A DNA stretch of 56,742 bases, the filler included, from Jimgerdemannia flammicorona (lineage: Eukaryota): assembly GCA_003990765.1 (NCBI GenBank). It is 2 parts of 2 records of this genome, joined end to end, with 100 filler letters (N's around TTAATTAATTAA, not from the genome) between each part and the next. Parts side by side here need not be neighbours in the genome. Positions count along the whole stretch, not along the records: positions 1 to 28,323 come from RBNJ01000568.1; 1 more part is not named here. One strand, written 5' to 3'. The stretch's first letter is position 1; each line of letters starts with the position of its first letter. Positions 1-13,265 of this stretch are shown one piece after another. The notes below the pieces were generated by a model, which saw only the letters and a program-made list of their open reading frames with translations, made no database searches and had not been told where the DNA came from. A program made the position numbers and the translations under genes.

Positions 1-3000
1 CCCCCCCACTATCCTCTCTTGATTAAAGACCACTAGGTCATTAACTATCCCCACCTGTCCACTACTTTGTCTACAAATCTTTTCTACTAGATAGTAGTGA
101 TGCCCACTCTGGGGACCCCATCCAACTTACCACCCTGTCAACACATCTCCCACCAACTCCTCCCATCTTAACAAACTCTCTTATAAGTCCAGCTGTCACT
201 CCTCCTCAAATACAAAGAGCCAATGTCTGGCCAGCCCAACCCATATAGCTAAAATCTACCCTATAGTGAGCTATTTATTGCCCATCCCTCCCACCAACCT
301 AGTTCTCAGATCCTCTCAGCGACCACTCTCTCTATCTGACCTCCTCTTTACACTCAGCTGGTCCCCTATTGCTATCCAAAAGTCCCCCAGAACCTCACAC
401 TCTCCCAGCCAATGCTCTGGCATCTGTATAAATCCCCCAACTTATCCAACATTATAGCATGCCTCACATTTCAGTATGCTACCATCCACCAGATGCCCAG
501 CACAGAAATTCAACATAACATTCCTCTGGAGCATCTGCCACCATACTATCCAATACTTAGAAGAAAGCCACCTCTGCACCTCAGCACTCTATTTCCAGAC
601 TCCTGCCCAATCCCACTCCTTACCAATTCTCACTGCTTGCCAACCACCAGGCCAAAGATTCTGACCAAGTCCCCTCTGACACTCCACTCTATCACTAATA
701 TCAAAGGCAATTAGGGGAGTACCCCCCAGAAGCAGTCTGTCCTATCTCTATATTGCTGGACCCCACAGCATCTCCCCTTCATTACCACTCTAGCATAGGT
801 CTATGCAGTGTGCTCTATCTGCCACCCCCTATCAGAAACCTTTATACTGCAGCCTATTGCTTCCATCCAGGTTCACCAGGGAAAGCAAATCTCCTGAGAC
901 CCCTTTTGGGAAGAATCTCATCTCCCATACCTTCTGCATCAGTAGCACCCATCCCCCTCCCCTCAGTTCTACCACCTGCTTTAACCACCAAGCTCTCAGG
1001 CAATGCAGCCTCTTAGGAAAGTCTACCAGTCCTAGCCCCCCTCAAACTACTGACAATGAAAGAGTATCCCAGCTGATCTGGGATCACCTTTCAGCCCAAA
1101 TCTAATCTCTAGCTATCTTCATCAGTCTCTTCACCACCCAAGCCAGAAAGTCTAAGTAATAGGTAATATACTACAGCTTAGGGAACCAGTAGAGATTCAG
1201 AATCGAAACTCTGCCTACCAGGGAGATGTGGCAACCTCCTCAGCCTTGAAGCACCTTTCCCCAGATAGCCACCCTCCTCTCCCACCACATCCATAGCAAG
1301 GTTGATCTATATACCAAAAGAAAAATGCCCAGATACTGTACTATCTCTCTTGCTGGGACAATTGTTTCAATGACATTCCCACCCACTAACCCATTTCCCA
1401 ATACTATAGTCTCATACTTATGCCAGTTGAGCTTCACTTCAGAGTATGCCTTATACTATTCTACTATCTCCTTAAGAGCCTCAACATCTACCACTAATCC
1501 AAGTCCAACCACCATGTTATCTGCAAAGACCCCCATCTTCTACACTACACTATAAATAGTGAGCCCTGCCACTCTCCACTGAATCCTATCTATTAAAGGT
1601 TCTAATGAAAGGGCATATAGAATAGGAGACAATGGGTCCCCCTGAGGAACTCCTCTCCTCAAGTGAAATACCATGCCTCAGTGGCCATTACACATTAGCA
1701 CCACCCTACTACCCTCCAACAGATTCAATATAAAAGCTTGAAACAATGGAAGAACTTCTATTCTATCTAACACCTTGCCCAGCCACACCTGCTGAATATA
1801 GTTATAGGTCTTCTCCTGGTCCAAAAAGACTAGTCTCCCATTCAATCTACTAGTCCTTGCTCCTTCAATGACACCATAGACCCAGGCCATCCCATCTCTA
1901 ATAAGTCTGCTTCCAATAAAGCCCTACTGCTCCTTACCCAATATCTGTTGGACAACTCTCTATAATCTCACCACAATCACCTTAGTCACCATCTTCCTGT
2001 CTATATTCAGAAGTATGATTGGCCTCTAGTTCTTCCAATCCTCTCTCCTTCCCTTGTCCTTATACAACAGGGCCACCAGCCCCAGGTCCTGCCCTCCCAT
2101 CCACTGACCCCTCAAAAGAACAAGATCACAGAGGGCCGCCATCTCTCCTAACACCCCAGGGACCTATACCATCTTCTTCCAAAAGTCTCAAGATAGACCA
2201 CCCTCTCCTGGTGCAATACCAAGCTTAGTTGCTGCAATGACTCTCAGAACCTCCTCCTCTTGGACTGGAAGGATCAAATCCCCCAGGCTCTCTACTAGCA
2301 GTGGCTCTCAGTTCTCCAGAGTATCTCCAATTGCCTCTGCATTGGCACCCCCTTTCTCCTCACTCCAACAGACCCCACCATTGCTCCTTCAGCAACCCCA
2401 AGATCTGTTGCATACCATGTATCATTTCCCCTTCAGCATCAAGGACTCCATCCCACTAGTAGTATACTCTTCTTGCCCTTTAAAAGTATCTAGATGGCCT
2501 CTCCCCCTCCTCAAGCCCCTGCCACCTCAACCTAGCTACCATTTCTTTCATATGTGTCTCCTCCTCCTCTCTCAACATCTGTTGCAGTTCTATTATCTCT
2601 AGTCTAACTCATGCTAACTGTCAATCATCCACCTCATCTGAATTTATCAAATCAGCCCATTCTATCTGCAGTCTAACCAATCTATTAGACACACATCTCA
2701 CTCTTTTCCTCCTTTGCCTCCCAGCATCCCTACCAACTTCACTCTAGTAAACTCTTGTAGCTTCTTTCAACTTCATCTATCAGATGTTTACTTGCAAGCC
2801 CTCATATATCCAGCCTATGATCCTTTCCTGAATGTTCTCTGTCCAAGGGTTCCACAATACCTTCTTGGCCAGCAGGGAGGAGTTAAGACACTAATGTTCA
2901 GATCTATCTCCACTCTCCCCAAATCACTCTCACCCTAATAGTCCCCAACAGTCTGACCATAGGCACCACTCTACCTCTAGAGTCCTCCAAACATCCAGGC

Positions 3001-5775
3001 CCCAGCATTCAGCTGTCAGTATCCAGTCAATCCTTATCTCTAGACCATTCACCCAATATGTATAAACCCTCTTTTCTCCCCACTGTGTTCTGCTCACATC
3101 TCCTAAGGAGCTAAGGTTCTCCACCTCCTCTCATGCATTCAGACTGCCACTCCTTCCACCAGTACTCCTCCCTCTATCAGTTCTATCTAACTGAAGATTC
3201 CACACCATATTGAAGTCACCTCTCAGAATATCCACCCCATCCTCCAAGAATATGCCCTCCTCCAAAAGACTCTGAATCCATACAATCTGCTTACCCCTAG
3301 CTGCTGGGCAGTAATAAGAGCCAACTCTCACTGGCTCCTACCCAGGTCAACACCATTCCCCCTATACCAAACAATCACCCCAGCTCCTGATTCCACCAAG
3401 ATCTCCTTTATCCCTCTGTACCAATATTGCCACTTTGCTAATCCAAGCTATAGCTCCTCCCTATTCTCTAGCCCACTCTACTTGATCCACCTCATCTTCA
3501 CAGCATATGTCCTGTAGCAGAAAAAGATCAGCCTCTAATCCCTTAAGCTAAGTAAAAATGTTCTTCCACTGCCCAGATCCCCATAACCCATTCACATTCA
3601 GAGAAAAAATATTAGTTGTACTATTTATTAGAAAGAATATTTAGAAGTAGTATCCAGCTCATCCTCTATAAGTCCACATCCCTCCCCTCTTGAGCCACAT
3701 CTAAGTTATGTTTGACAGCCAATTCCTCCTCCTCAGCCTCCCTTGCCTCCAATCCAATCAGCAGTTCAGCTATCTCCCCATCCTCCTTTTCTTTAAATTT
3801 CTCATGATAATCCAGGCAGGCCTCCTGCCAGAGTTTCAGCCCATAATACTCTACTCAACAGAAGGTGGCCCTCTCACCAGCAACAACAGCTAGCTCAGCC
3901 TCTCTCTTCTTATTAACCTCATACCCCTCCTCCTCCAGAAGAATCACAAGTACCTCTACCTTTAGCACCTCCACCACTCTATCTCCATGCAGAATCCATG
4001 CCCAATGCTCCTTACTCATCACTCTCAGGTCTACTTCTCCCAACTCTTCAGCCACAAAGTTATTCATCATCCAACACATCTACAGTAGGTTCCCCACCTC
4101 CTTTCCTCCTGGCATCACTGGCCTCCTAGTATCCAGCATAGTGGTATTGGTCTCCACACTTGCTGTCTCATCCCACTCCTCCTCCAGAACATCCACCAGT
4201 TCATTCTCACCAACTGCCACCATCTGTCCCCCTTTTGCCATATCAGGAACTCCAAAGTGAACTCACTGGGCACTATGCATCAGTACATTCTCCACCACCT
4301 TGCTCCTCCCAGCTGGATCCCTTCTGATAAGAGGAGGAGAAGTGCTATCCAATTCCTCTTTCCAGACCTCAAATGTACCATTAGCATATGAGTCATTGCA
4401 TGGCATCTTCCTGGCCCCATCCAGGTCCTCCTCCCCATTCTCTCCTCCTTTACTAGCCCAGACACTTACCTCAGCCCCTCTAGACACTTCAGCTCTACCA
4501 GTATCCTTCTTTGTCTCTCTGCCTATACTCGCTAATAACTCTCTCTGTCTCTTGAACTCTTGAGCCCTCTCTCACTGCCTCTTGTCCATATGAATATGCT
4601 TCCTATTCACAATCTCCAAATGTGTAGCCTCTTCATATATCTTTCCAGCCTTTGCCCTCTGCTCAACTGCCCCACTCATCTCCTCTAGGGTCTTCAGCAG
4701 ATCCTCCTTCTCCTCCTCACTCCCCTTCACCCTAGACATCTTACAGATGAAGGCCCCCCACAATATAACTGAAGATCAGTCACTCATCTTCCCAGTAATC
4801 TCTCTTTCTACTAGTCTAATCCTGACATCAATATCCCCTGTCCTGAAAGTGATCCCCTCCTACATCTGGAACTCAATATTGACCATATTGCCATACTCTA
4901 CCATCACCTCCTCTACCCTCCTCCTAGTCTCAACCTTTGTTACCATAGGTACCCCCTTTACCAGCAACTGAACCACCCTGAGGTCCTACCTCAAACATCA
5001 CACCATAGGAACCACTATCTCTCCTATTGCTACTCTAGTCTTCAAAGCTTCCTCCAGTGGACCTGCCTTCTCAAAACCCACCTCAACCTCTTTTAGTCCC
5101 TTCAGAAACTTCACCAATACAGCCCCAGCCACTTGCTCCAAGATAATCTCCAGAACCATCCTTACTGTCACAGCCAAGCTCCAGAAGTACAAGGACACTG
5201 CAAACTCTAAGATTGACTTCTTGAGTAACAGTGCCACTGCCAGCCCCATCACACTATCTGCCAGGTCCCCCTTCTTCTTTGGGTCCATCTGCCTAGTCCC
5301 TCTATCAGTAGTCATATCTGGATTTTTTTCCAGATTCTCAGTTATACCACTATCAGCAGTCCCCCCCCTACTCTCAGCTACTACTCCACTAGCCCTTCCC
5401 TCCACTGGCTGAGGTCTAGTACCTCCCACTTCTCCTTCTCTCTGATTTCTCTTCCTCTCCATCCATCCACTATGAGATCCAACAGGCCATCCACTATTCT
5501 TCAATATATCCACCCTCCCCTTCTGTCCTCCTGCTCCTCCCCCAGTACTACTACCACTGCCTGAGCCACCCTGCCCACTTGGACCACTGAATGACCCCAT
5601 CCCTAATCCATATTCATGTCTAACATATTGCCATTTGAAGGCTCTAGGTCTACCCAACCTAGTACACATATCAGCTTGCTTGTTGGTTGCTATTACCTTA
5701 GTACCTTTCTCCAATAAATGCTTGAAAGTATGTTGTAAAAGTGTGTATAATATGAGTGATAATTGAGAAAGATGT
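1..5775 (-). mobile_element. Decayed L1/Tx1-like non-LTR retrotransposon (LINE A), nearly full length; 3' end lies just outside the window
   Basis: Minus-strand fragments: ORF1-like region about 5714-3650; APE endonuclease motifs SLNVNGL (~3600), GDFN (3131-3331), RIDWIL/SD (2930-3124); RT motifs FLDQEKTY (1678-1890), KLN..K/YLG (1240-1437); C-terminal EACYN...EHW...EC zinc-finger remnant (~390-470). Many in-frame stops. The 5' end begins ACATCTTTCTC at 5775. Confidence 0.92.
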
Positions 5776-6836
5776 AGGCTAGCTATTGTCTAGCAGCTTG
5801 ACTATACTAAATACAGCAGAACCTAATGTGGCTTATATCTCATTCTGTACACCATGCTCTCTTTACTACTAGGAGGAACTCAACTATATACCAATGACTA
5901 AAGATATATATCTGAAACTCCAATATATATATAAGACCATACTCAAGCTAAATAGAATAACCCCTACCACTCTAAGTGGAAATAACAGGTAAAGAAAAAT
6001 CCTTCTTAAGAAAAAGAATGATGGGTAAGACCTAGTTCTCTCAGATAAGATAAGTAGAGGACTTATATGTAAGGTGAGAGAAGACCCCCAATACTCTACT
6101 ACTCAAGCCTACAGGCCTTGATTATATTACTATATCAGCTCTCAGTTCTAGTTAAGTATAGCTAAGACACCTGATCTGGGTAGCCTTGGACCCCCCAGCT
6201 ACTCTCAATGACTGGGGCCCAATTTCATAAATTGCCAAAAGCAGACACCTACTACCTAACTACCCCATATCAATCAAAAGGCCCCACTAAAGTAGTACCT
6301 GCCCAGTCCTAATTATTACCTCCAGCCTGATATCCTACTGGTCCACTGTTATTACTCTTTCTCCTATCTGTAATAGTCATCTCTCCTCCCATCCTAACAC
6401 TATCTGAAAAATAGTCACCTATACTAGAACTATACTCACCAGGAAGCTCACTAAAGCCAGAGAGCCCCACCACAGGTACTGAGGATCTGTAAATAACCTA
6501 TACTAAGCACTTGATGCCCAAGGTTAGCTGACTCCCTATATAACTCATATTATACTGAGATGATATCTTGTTGGTAACAGCAAAAGGAAGAAGATGCTAC
6601 ATCAAAATGAGTATACCCTAGATATAGCTGAAGACACCAGATACTATAAAAAAGTAAAGAAGACACCAATCAGACACCAATAAAAGGGCAACTCATCACC
6701 ATTACTCTCTTCTCACTATACTCATGCAGATACAGTAAACTATACTAGGGTAGAGAGTAAAAAGATAGGAGAAAGGAGACCCAGACAGTTGTCTTCCAAA
6801 ACCACATGACTGGTATGATAGCAGAGAAAGGAGCAG
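5776..6836 (-). mobile_element. 1.2-kb poly(A) retroposon family, copy 1 (3' tail missing, abuts the 5' end of LINE A)
   Basis: Colinear with 33594-34791 and 44069-45257 (e.g. gacctagttctctcagat..gataagtagag, caaaaggaagaag, gttgtct.ccaaa) and ends at the same 5' point (gagaaag). Confidence 0.85.
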
Positions 6837-7499
6837 TAGTCAGATCTGATAGACTATAAAGATAATTATTTTCTCTAGATTGACTTGTGGTTTTATATTA
6901 TCTGCTTTTTTTATAACAGAGGTATCTAGATAGTAAACTGATTCCTCATAATTCATTTTGAACTTGTGTGACTAGTTGTGACTGGTTTCTAAATTTATAT
7001 AAGATTTCTTAATAAGGTAAGATACAATGATACTGCTGCTACCAAATGTAATAATTCTAGTTTCTTTAAGAGAAAGCAGCTAAATCTGATAGTTCTAATA
7101 GGTCTAAAGTAGCTTAAAGAGATATTTGTAGGTTTAAGTATTCTCAAAAGAATTCTGAGAGAAAATATTCTAAGCTTTATTTAAGTAGAAAATAAGAATA
7201 TTTATATAAGATCTGAAAGAAAGATCTGAAAGGATTTTGGAAAAGAAGAGAAAGGCCAAGAAATGGATTCTTAGCAAAGATGACTAATAGAATTCTACAA
7301 TGTTTCAAAAGGTTCTATAACTAGATACTTAGTACTACTTAGTACAAAAATATTCTAGTAATTTCTTAGTACTAAGAGAAGATTTCTAGATACTCAAAAG
7401 ATACTAGAACATAGTAGAATAATCAAGAAAAGACAAGAAAAGACTAGTAGAAAAGATATAAAAAGTACTAAGACTAAAATATAACTATGAAATTATTAT

Positions 7500-10400
7500 A
7501 CTATAGATAAGCATAGGCTGTATATGAATATACCTCATACTCTAAGATATCTCCTTTTACTAAATATTCTGACCTATAGTTCAATATCATATTGAACTAT
7601 AAGAGTCTCTACTATACTATCCAGAACTTGGGAGAAATCCACCTTACCACCTACTTGCTTCAAGACCAAATACTATTTCAGTTTTACTTTTTACTGATCC
7701 CCACTCCCTATCAGATCTCTGGCTACAAATATCTCCTATACTCCTGAAGACATTCTACACCATCTTCTAAACTAAAATTATCCTATGTCTTCTAACAGAA
7801 GATAGTCTCATCTCTATATCTGGAGTCTCCAGTCTATCTCTCCCTCATTCCTTTACCACCAGAGGCCAATTTATAGAGCACCATCAACCACTTCCCACCA
7901 GAATATTCTATAATATATCTTCTGACTTTTCTCCAGCACTACTAGTAAGAGCAAGTCACCAGACATACCATGGAGAGAGAACTGTACCTCCCATACTTTC
8001 TGCATAAGAGACACCCACTCTCAGTCTCTTAACTTACTAGCTTACTTTAGCCATTATATCCTCAAGTAGTATAGATACTTGGTGAAGTCCACCAGATCCA
8101 GCTCTCTCCAGTCTACTGATAATGTCAATATCTTCCAGCCAATCTGACTTTACTGCTCTGCCTATATCCACATTCTGGCTGTCTTCAATAGTCTCTTAAC
8201 CACTTATGCTAAGAAGTCTAAGTAATACTTCAGATACTTTAACTTAGGTAGCTAATATATATTCAACACTATTACTCTTTCTACCAGAGAGATATATCAG
8301 CTGCCCTATCTCAGGAGAGTATTTCTCTACTCAATCAGCTACTACTCCTACTATCTCTGAGACAACAGAGAACTATATACTGAGAAGTAGATTTTTAGAT
8401 ATCAGACTGTCTCTTCTATCAGGACAACTGTTCCAATCATATCCTTTCCTACTATTTCTCTATCTAGTACTAGGGTCTTGTACTTGTATCAGTTAAGCTT
8501 AGCATCTGAGCATCTCTCATACTATTCTACTATACTCTTCAGTATTGCTATATCCTCCACAGAACTCAGCCCTACTACTATACTATCATCAAAGGCCCCC
8601 ATCTTCTAGTTCACTCTCAGAATATTCAACCCCCCCATCTTATGTCTAATCCTATCTAATAAAGGCTCCAGAGAGAGAGTATAAAGAATCAGTAACAGTA
8701 AGTCTCTCTGTGGCACTCCTCTATTTAAGGAGAAAGACTCTTCCCTGTGATCATTCATCAGAATAGCTGTCTAACTCCCCTCCAACAAACTGATCAAAGA
8801 TTGTCTAAACTCTGAGAGAACCCTCATACATTTCAGTATCTCCTCTAGCTATACTCACTAGATGCTAATCTTGGTTCAGAAATACTAGTCAACCATCTAT
8901 CCTGATAGCATATACTCCTTCAATAACTCTGTATACCTATACTATCTCATCTCTTATCAAACAACCCCTGATGAAGTCTCTCTGCTCTGCCTCTAATACT
9001 TGCTAAGTTACTCTTTAGAGTCTAGCTATTAATATCTTTATAACTAACTTGTAATCTATATCCAGAAGTATGATTGGCCTCTAGTTCTTCTATTTCTCTC
9101 TTCTTCTCTTATCCTTATATAATAGAGCTACAAGACCCAAGTACTGCTCCCCAATCTAAACCCCTGAGCTAATAACTTCATCACACATCTACATCATCTC
9201 CTCTAAAGCCAACTCTACACTCACCATTCTCTTTCAGAAATCTCAAGATAAATCATCCTCTCCTGGACCTAATCTAAGACTTATCATTACTAATACTCTA
9301 TAGATCTCCTCCTCTTAGACAGATACTCTAAGTTTACCTAAGCCCTCTACTGGAGCTAGGTACCAATCCTCTAGCTGCTGTTCAATGTCCAATGTATTCT
9401 CTCTACCCTTCTCCTCATTCTATAATCTCCTTTATCAGAAACTCAACTGGTCTAAAATCTCTGGAGTTCTGATAACTATCTCTTCTGTCTCATCCAATAC
9501 TCCTTTCTACTGCTGCTTCACTCTTCTCACTTAAAGCAGCCTTGACAAGAACTTCATAGACCTCTCTTCCTTCTCTAAGTCCTACCATCTCAGCTGAGCT
9601 ACTATATCTTTTATCTGCAATTCTTTCTTCTGTCTCAGCAGTCACTTCAGTTCTTCTACCTCTAGCCAGGCCCACTGAACTCTTTAATCCCCCTTCTTTC
9701 TATTATTCAGCAAATCAGCCTACTTTTCCAATAGCTTCTTCAATCTCTGGGAAGCCCACCTTAAACAACTCCTCCTCTGAGTATCTCCTCTCTCTCCCTA
9801 TTTCTCTTCAGAACTACTGAGTATCAGATTTCAAATACTACTACTGATCTCCAATCTCCAGCTCCCATGTCCTCTAGCTAACAATTCTGAAGCTAATGTC
9901 TACCATCTATATATCCCACTAGGAGGGCTTCCCCAGCAATAAAGTATTTAGATACTAATGTCTAGGTCCCTTCCCACTTCTCTCAAATTTTCCACAACTC
10001 AGCAAACTCCAGTGATCTGACTATAGGCAACAAACTATCTCTAAAGAACCCCAGACATCTACTCTCCAGCACTCAGTAGTCAAGATCCAGTCAATCCTTG
10101 AATCCAGCCCTGCCATCTAGTAAGTATAGATCCTGCAATCTCTCCACCCAAGATGCTCAGCATCTACCAGTGAGCTCAGCCTCTCAATATCCTTCCAGTC
10201 TTCCATATCTCTACTCTTATTAGCTATCTCTCTCCCACTATCTATCCTGTCTAACTGCTCATTCCATATTATATATATTAAAGTTACCACCCAGATAGTC
10301 AATCTTCTCTACTACTATAGTATCTGCATCTTATAGTCCTCTTATCTACTTCATCCACTCCCTCTTTTCTGCTGAGCAGTAATATGACCCAACAGTTAAG

Positions 10401-10550
10401 AGACTCCAGCCTGGCCTCCTCTACACTCTCCACACTACTTAGCTCTCTCAATGTCCAATGTCTCCAATATCCCCCATACTCTTCTGAATCAGAATACCTA
10501 TCTGATCCTATCATATGACCACATCCCCCCTCCATTCTTATCTAGTCTAA
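7500..10550 (-). mobile_element. Decayed L1/Tx1-like LINE B (endonuclease-RT part of ORF2), boundaries approximate
   Basis: Homologous to LINE A ORF2: identical agaagtatgattggcctctagttcttc block at 9064 and 2009; GNFN (GDFN) at ~10280; RIDWIL at ~10090; RT region ~8400-9100. Heavily stop-riddled. Confidence 0.85.
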
Positions 10551-11254
10551 TATATCAATTTTTTTTTATTTTTTTTTAAAGTCTCTTGGACTTTGCTATT
10601 TATTACCCATCTATTATATATAATTACAATATCTTCTCACACTACTCAATATCCCTAGAGAGCTCTCTCCCCCACACTCTCATGCTTAAAAACCATCTTG
10701 CCACTCTTCACACCAACCTTTCTCTCACTCTGCTCACAAATTTTCTCCACCAAATAGTACTGCCAACCTCTCTGCAGACCCCATCCCAGTCACCAGCCTA
10801 TCAAGATATTCTCCAGCAACCCTTCTCACCTTACCAACCACTCCTCCAAACTCAAACACTTTCCTTCTTCAAATACAAATAGCTAGTGACCTGTCAGTCC
10901 TGTCTATATCACTAATATCCACCCAAAGTCAGCCACTCCCTCCCTATCCCCTCCCACCAATCTATCTCTCAAATCTTCCCAATGCTCCCACTCACTATCC
11001 CCCCTATACACAACACTCAACCTATTCCCAACTACTAACCAAAAGTCTCCAAGTACCTCATACTCTCTCAGCCAATGTTCTGGCATCTGCACAAACTCTC
11101 CTTTCTATCCTACATTATAACACTTCTCACAATCAAAGTTCTCTCCTTCTACAAGATGTCTTGAGTGAAAGTTGAGTATAACATTCCTCCACAGTATATA
11201 CCATCAAACCACTCAGTATTTGAGTGGTAACCATCATCTTATCTCTACACTCCA

Positions 11255-13265
11255 TATAAGAGGGTTACTTTTTAGAATAATCATTACATAGTTCTGGAAG
11301 GGTTTTCTGAAAGTTCTGGATATTCTGGAAGACTGTTTTCTTATGGTCAAGATCAATTTCATATGGAGTATGTCCTCTATGCTTATTGATTTCAAGATCG
11401 GGTTGACATCTCAACTAAAGTCCTTTTTCAGACTAGTTCTGAATGTTCAGGATTTTCTGTATTTCAGGAAGTTCAAGAAACTAAGACCAGCTTAGTTGAA
11501 TTGGTGTATTGCTGCAGACAATACTTAATTAGGAAATTTTGTGATGGGGTTAGGAGTGGGACCTAACAGAGAGCAGATTTACTTAAGGTTAGTTTGTGGA
11601 TTATTAAATAGGTTTATTCACTATTCACGATATTGCTATACTAGGAGTAGTTGTGTGAAGGGATATTGTGGGGAAGTATTCAGGAATGTTCTTGTGTATT
11701 TGAGTCTGTTTAAGTCTGAGATTCTGAGGTCTGAGAGAGGGGGTATTTATACTAGTAAGGGACTATCTGAGCTATGCTAAATATGGATGTAGCACTAAGT
11801 ACCTTGCTGAGTCAGTTCACAGTCACATCATACAAGGCTAATCTAACTATACTATAACTGCTAAGCTATTTGTAGATTTAGATGCTGTCTGAGTAGTCTT
11901 CAATGACATCACCATCAATGACATTATCTCTGATGAAGTAGTCATCTAGGAAAAGTGGTTCGTGGATTACTTCTCCTTGTTTACTGAGGTAATAATATAT
12001 TGGAACTTTGTCACCATCCCACAGGATAGCATCATCTGTCTCATATGCTGGATAAGGTGTTGGTGGGTGAAGGAGGGGTGTATTGTCTTCACTTTCATTA
12101 GATTTGCTGTCTGCATACCTTCTATAAGTTACAGTACTATAAGTTGCAGAGTTGTAGTAAGCTGACAGCTATGATTCATGTCACTCGTACTCAAGTGGTA
12201 GAGTGGTTGGTTCAATCTCAAGAGTTGTCTGAAGGTACAGATTGTGTTCTCTGATCTCTTCATTATAGTTGAAGTAATTGGGGGTGAACACAGATTGGTA
12301 TTTGTACCAGTGGTCATTATCCCAATAAGTCTCATATTTGGTTATGAACTGTTGTAAGTTCATTGGTAAGGTTGGCGGTGTGATCAGGGTTGGTAGAGAT
12401 CCTTGGCTTGAGGTCATGTTGGCATTAGAGGGATCATTGTCTTCTGCTTCATCTTCGTCGAAGTGGATTATATCATAGATATCCTTCATAGCATATCTGA
12501 CTTGGGGCATTTGTAGAATATGGTCATTGGGGTGTGGGAAGGTTCTGTCGGTGGTCTGGACATATTCAAGATACTTGTGGTTGAGTTTTTGAATCATATT
12601 GTCAATTTGGCTATAGGACAGAGTAGTAACCATTTCACTAGTAGTAACTCGGAGGCAGAGAATAAAGGTGCTGTACTTATAGAAGAGTTCTCGGTATTTG
12701 TGGGCAATGATCTTCTGGTGTTGAGACATCTGGGTGATATCTGTATCATGGTGGTATTCAACCATGTCTTCTAGGAGATAGCTAATCTGGTAGTAGCTTG
12801 AGATTTGTCCAATTCAGTGGGCTTCATTAAGCATGTTCAGGGCATTCCATCGGGCTTCCATGAAGTAGAGGGGTACTAGGCTATGAATATTCATGAGGGG
12901 CAGAGGGGGTGTGGCTCAGTTGACAATAGCATTCCAAATGTCAGCGCAGATGCGGTTGTAGATCTCAGTGGTCATATTTGTATATGTTCAGAAGTTGTAG
13001 TTGTTGTTTGTTTTGGTTCTCTGTTTTGATGTGTCTTAGTGCCCAGTATATATGCATTTGGTCCTGATTGGTAAGATTCCGTTTGTGTGAATCTTGTGTT
13101 CTGTGACTTCATGTTGACTCAGCTTTGTGTGCTATGACTTCTGTTTGACTCAGCTTCATGATTGAGCAGGTGATTTCCAGATTTGTTCAGCTATTACATG
13201 TGATCTTGGTGGCTTGTTCAGAGGGTGATGTGTGATTTCTGTGGCTTGGAGGTTGTGCACTTACA
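11255..13265. mobile_element. 2011-bp solo-LTR-like element with 5-bp TSD
   Basis: Termini TATAAG (TGTAAG in the second copy) ... CTTACA; flanked by CTCCA at 11250-11254 and 13266-13270; interrupts LINE C ORF2. Confidence 0.85.
11878..12975 (-). pseudogene. 365-codon ORF of unknown function inside the solo-LTR-like element
   Basis: One frame from ATG (MTTEIYNRICADIW...) to TAA (...DVIEDYSDSI*) with no frameshift and only four internal stops (three TGA, one TAG), all explainable as CGA/CAG C->T; the TAG site reads CAG in the second copy. Includes ORF 12181..12765. Confidence 0.75.

Noticed and set aside
266..5412. Many plus-strand Ser/Pro/Leu-rich ORFs
   Set aside because: Antisense shadows of the purine-rich minus-strand LINE.
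6845..7500. AT-rich segment with many ttcta(g)/tagaa motifs, possibly an LTR relic
   Set aside because: No termini, TSD or second copy in the window; cannot classify.
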